The translations under genes and the position numbers were made by a program. The notes under the pieces were generated by a model that worked only from the letters and a program-made list of their open reading frames with translations, was not told the origin of the DNA and ran no database searches. A stretch of 64,000 nucleotides of DNA. It comes from Hydrolagus affinis. Taxonomy: Eukaryota. This document shows positions 63,721-64,000 of the stretch, piece after piece; positions within the stretch are counted from its first letter, which is position 1, and the number at the start of each line of letters is the position of its first letter. The stretch lies in the NCBI GenBank assembly GCA_012026655.1, contig JAAILG010000874.1, positions 1-64,000 of the forward strand, given 5' to 3'.

Positions 63721-64000
63721 TGCACTATAACAACAACTTGCAGTTATATAGTGCCCTTCACATGCCTTGGAGCGTTTAACAGTGGTGGAGTCTAATGCTG
63801 AGCTGGGGAGGAAAAGGTTGACTCCTCTGGCGAGATAACAAGCTGACTATTTATTTTGATCTTGAAACAGGGGCTGCAATTCCCAAAAGCTGTCCCCTGA
63901 CTACACTTCTGTCAATAGCAATATTCGAGGCTAGAGAAATGCAATAAATTGGTATTTTTTTTCCAAACCGTAAGTAGCAAAGCATGCCGTCAATATTTGC

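Overview
AT-rich, repeat-dense eukaryotic non-coding DNA (a large intron or intergenic region). I found no supportable host protein-coding gene. The repeat content points to a cartilaginous fish, probably a holocephalan such as Callorhinchus (inference from repeat families only). It comprises ~20 copies of a young ~310-bp tRNA-headed Deu-domain SINE with a (TTA)n tail, older SacSINE1-like DeuSINEs, L2-clade LINE fragments with (GTT)n tails, and CR1-clade relics. Several non-autonomous DNA transposons have readable TIRs and TSDs: two Tigger/pogo-like, two hAT-Charlie-like and two hAT-Ac-like CGATAT-rich elements. The most notable items are a Penelope-type inverted insertion carrying a minimal hammerhead-ribozyme motif (11810-11937), a repeated Deu-domain/(GATT)n retroelement with a fold-back 5' junction, a ~210-bp near-palindrome (40833-41041), several multi-layer nested insertions, and repeat-poor, homeobox-motif-rich stretches that may be conserved enhancers. 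All family assignments come from pattern recognition, not database searches, and boundaries of old elements are approximate.
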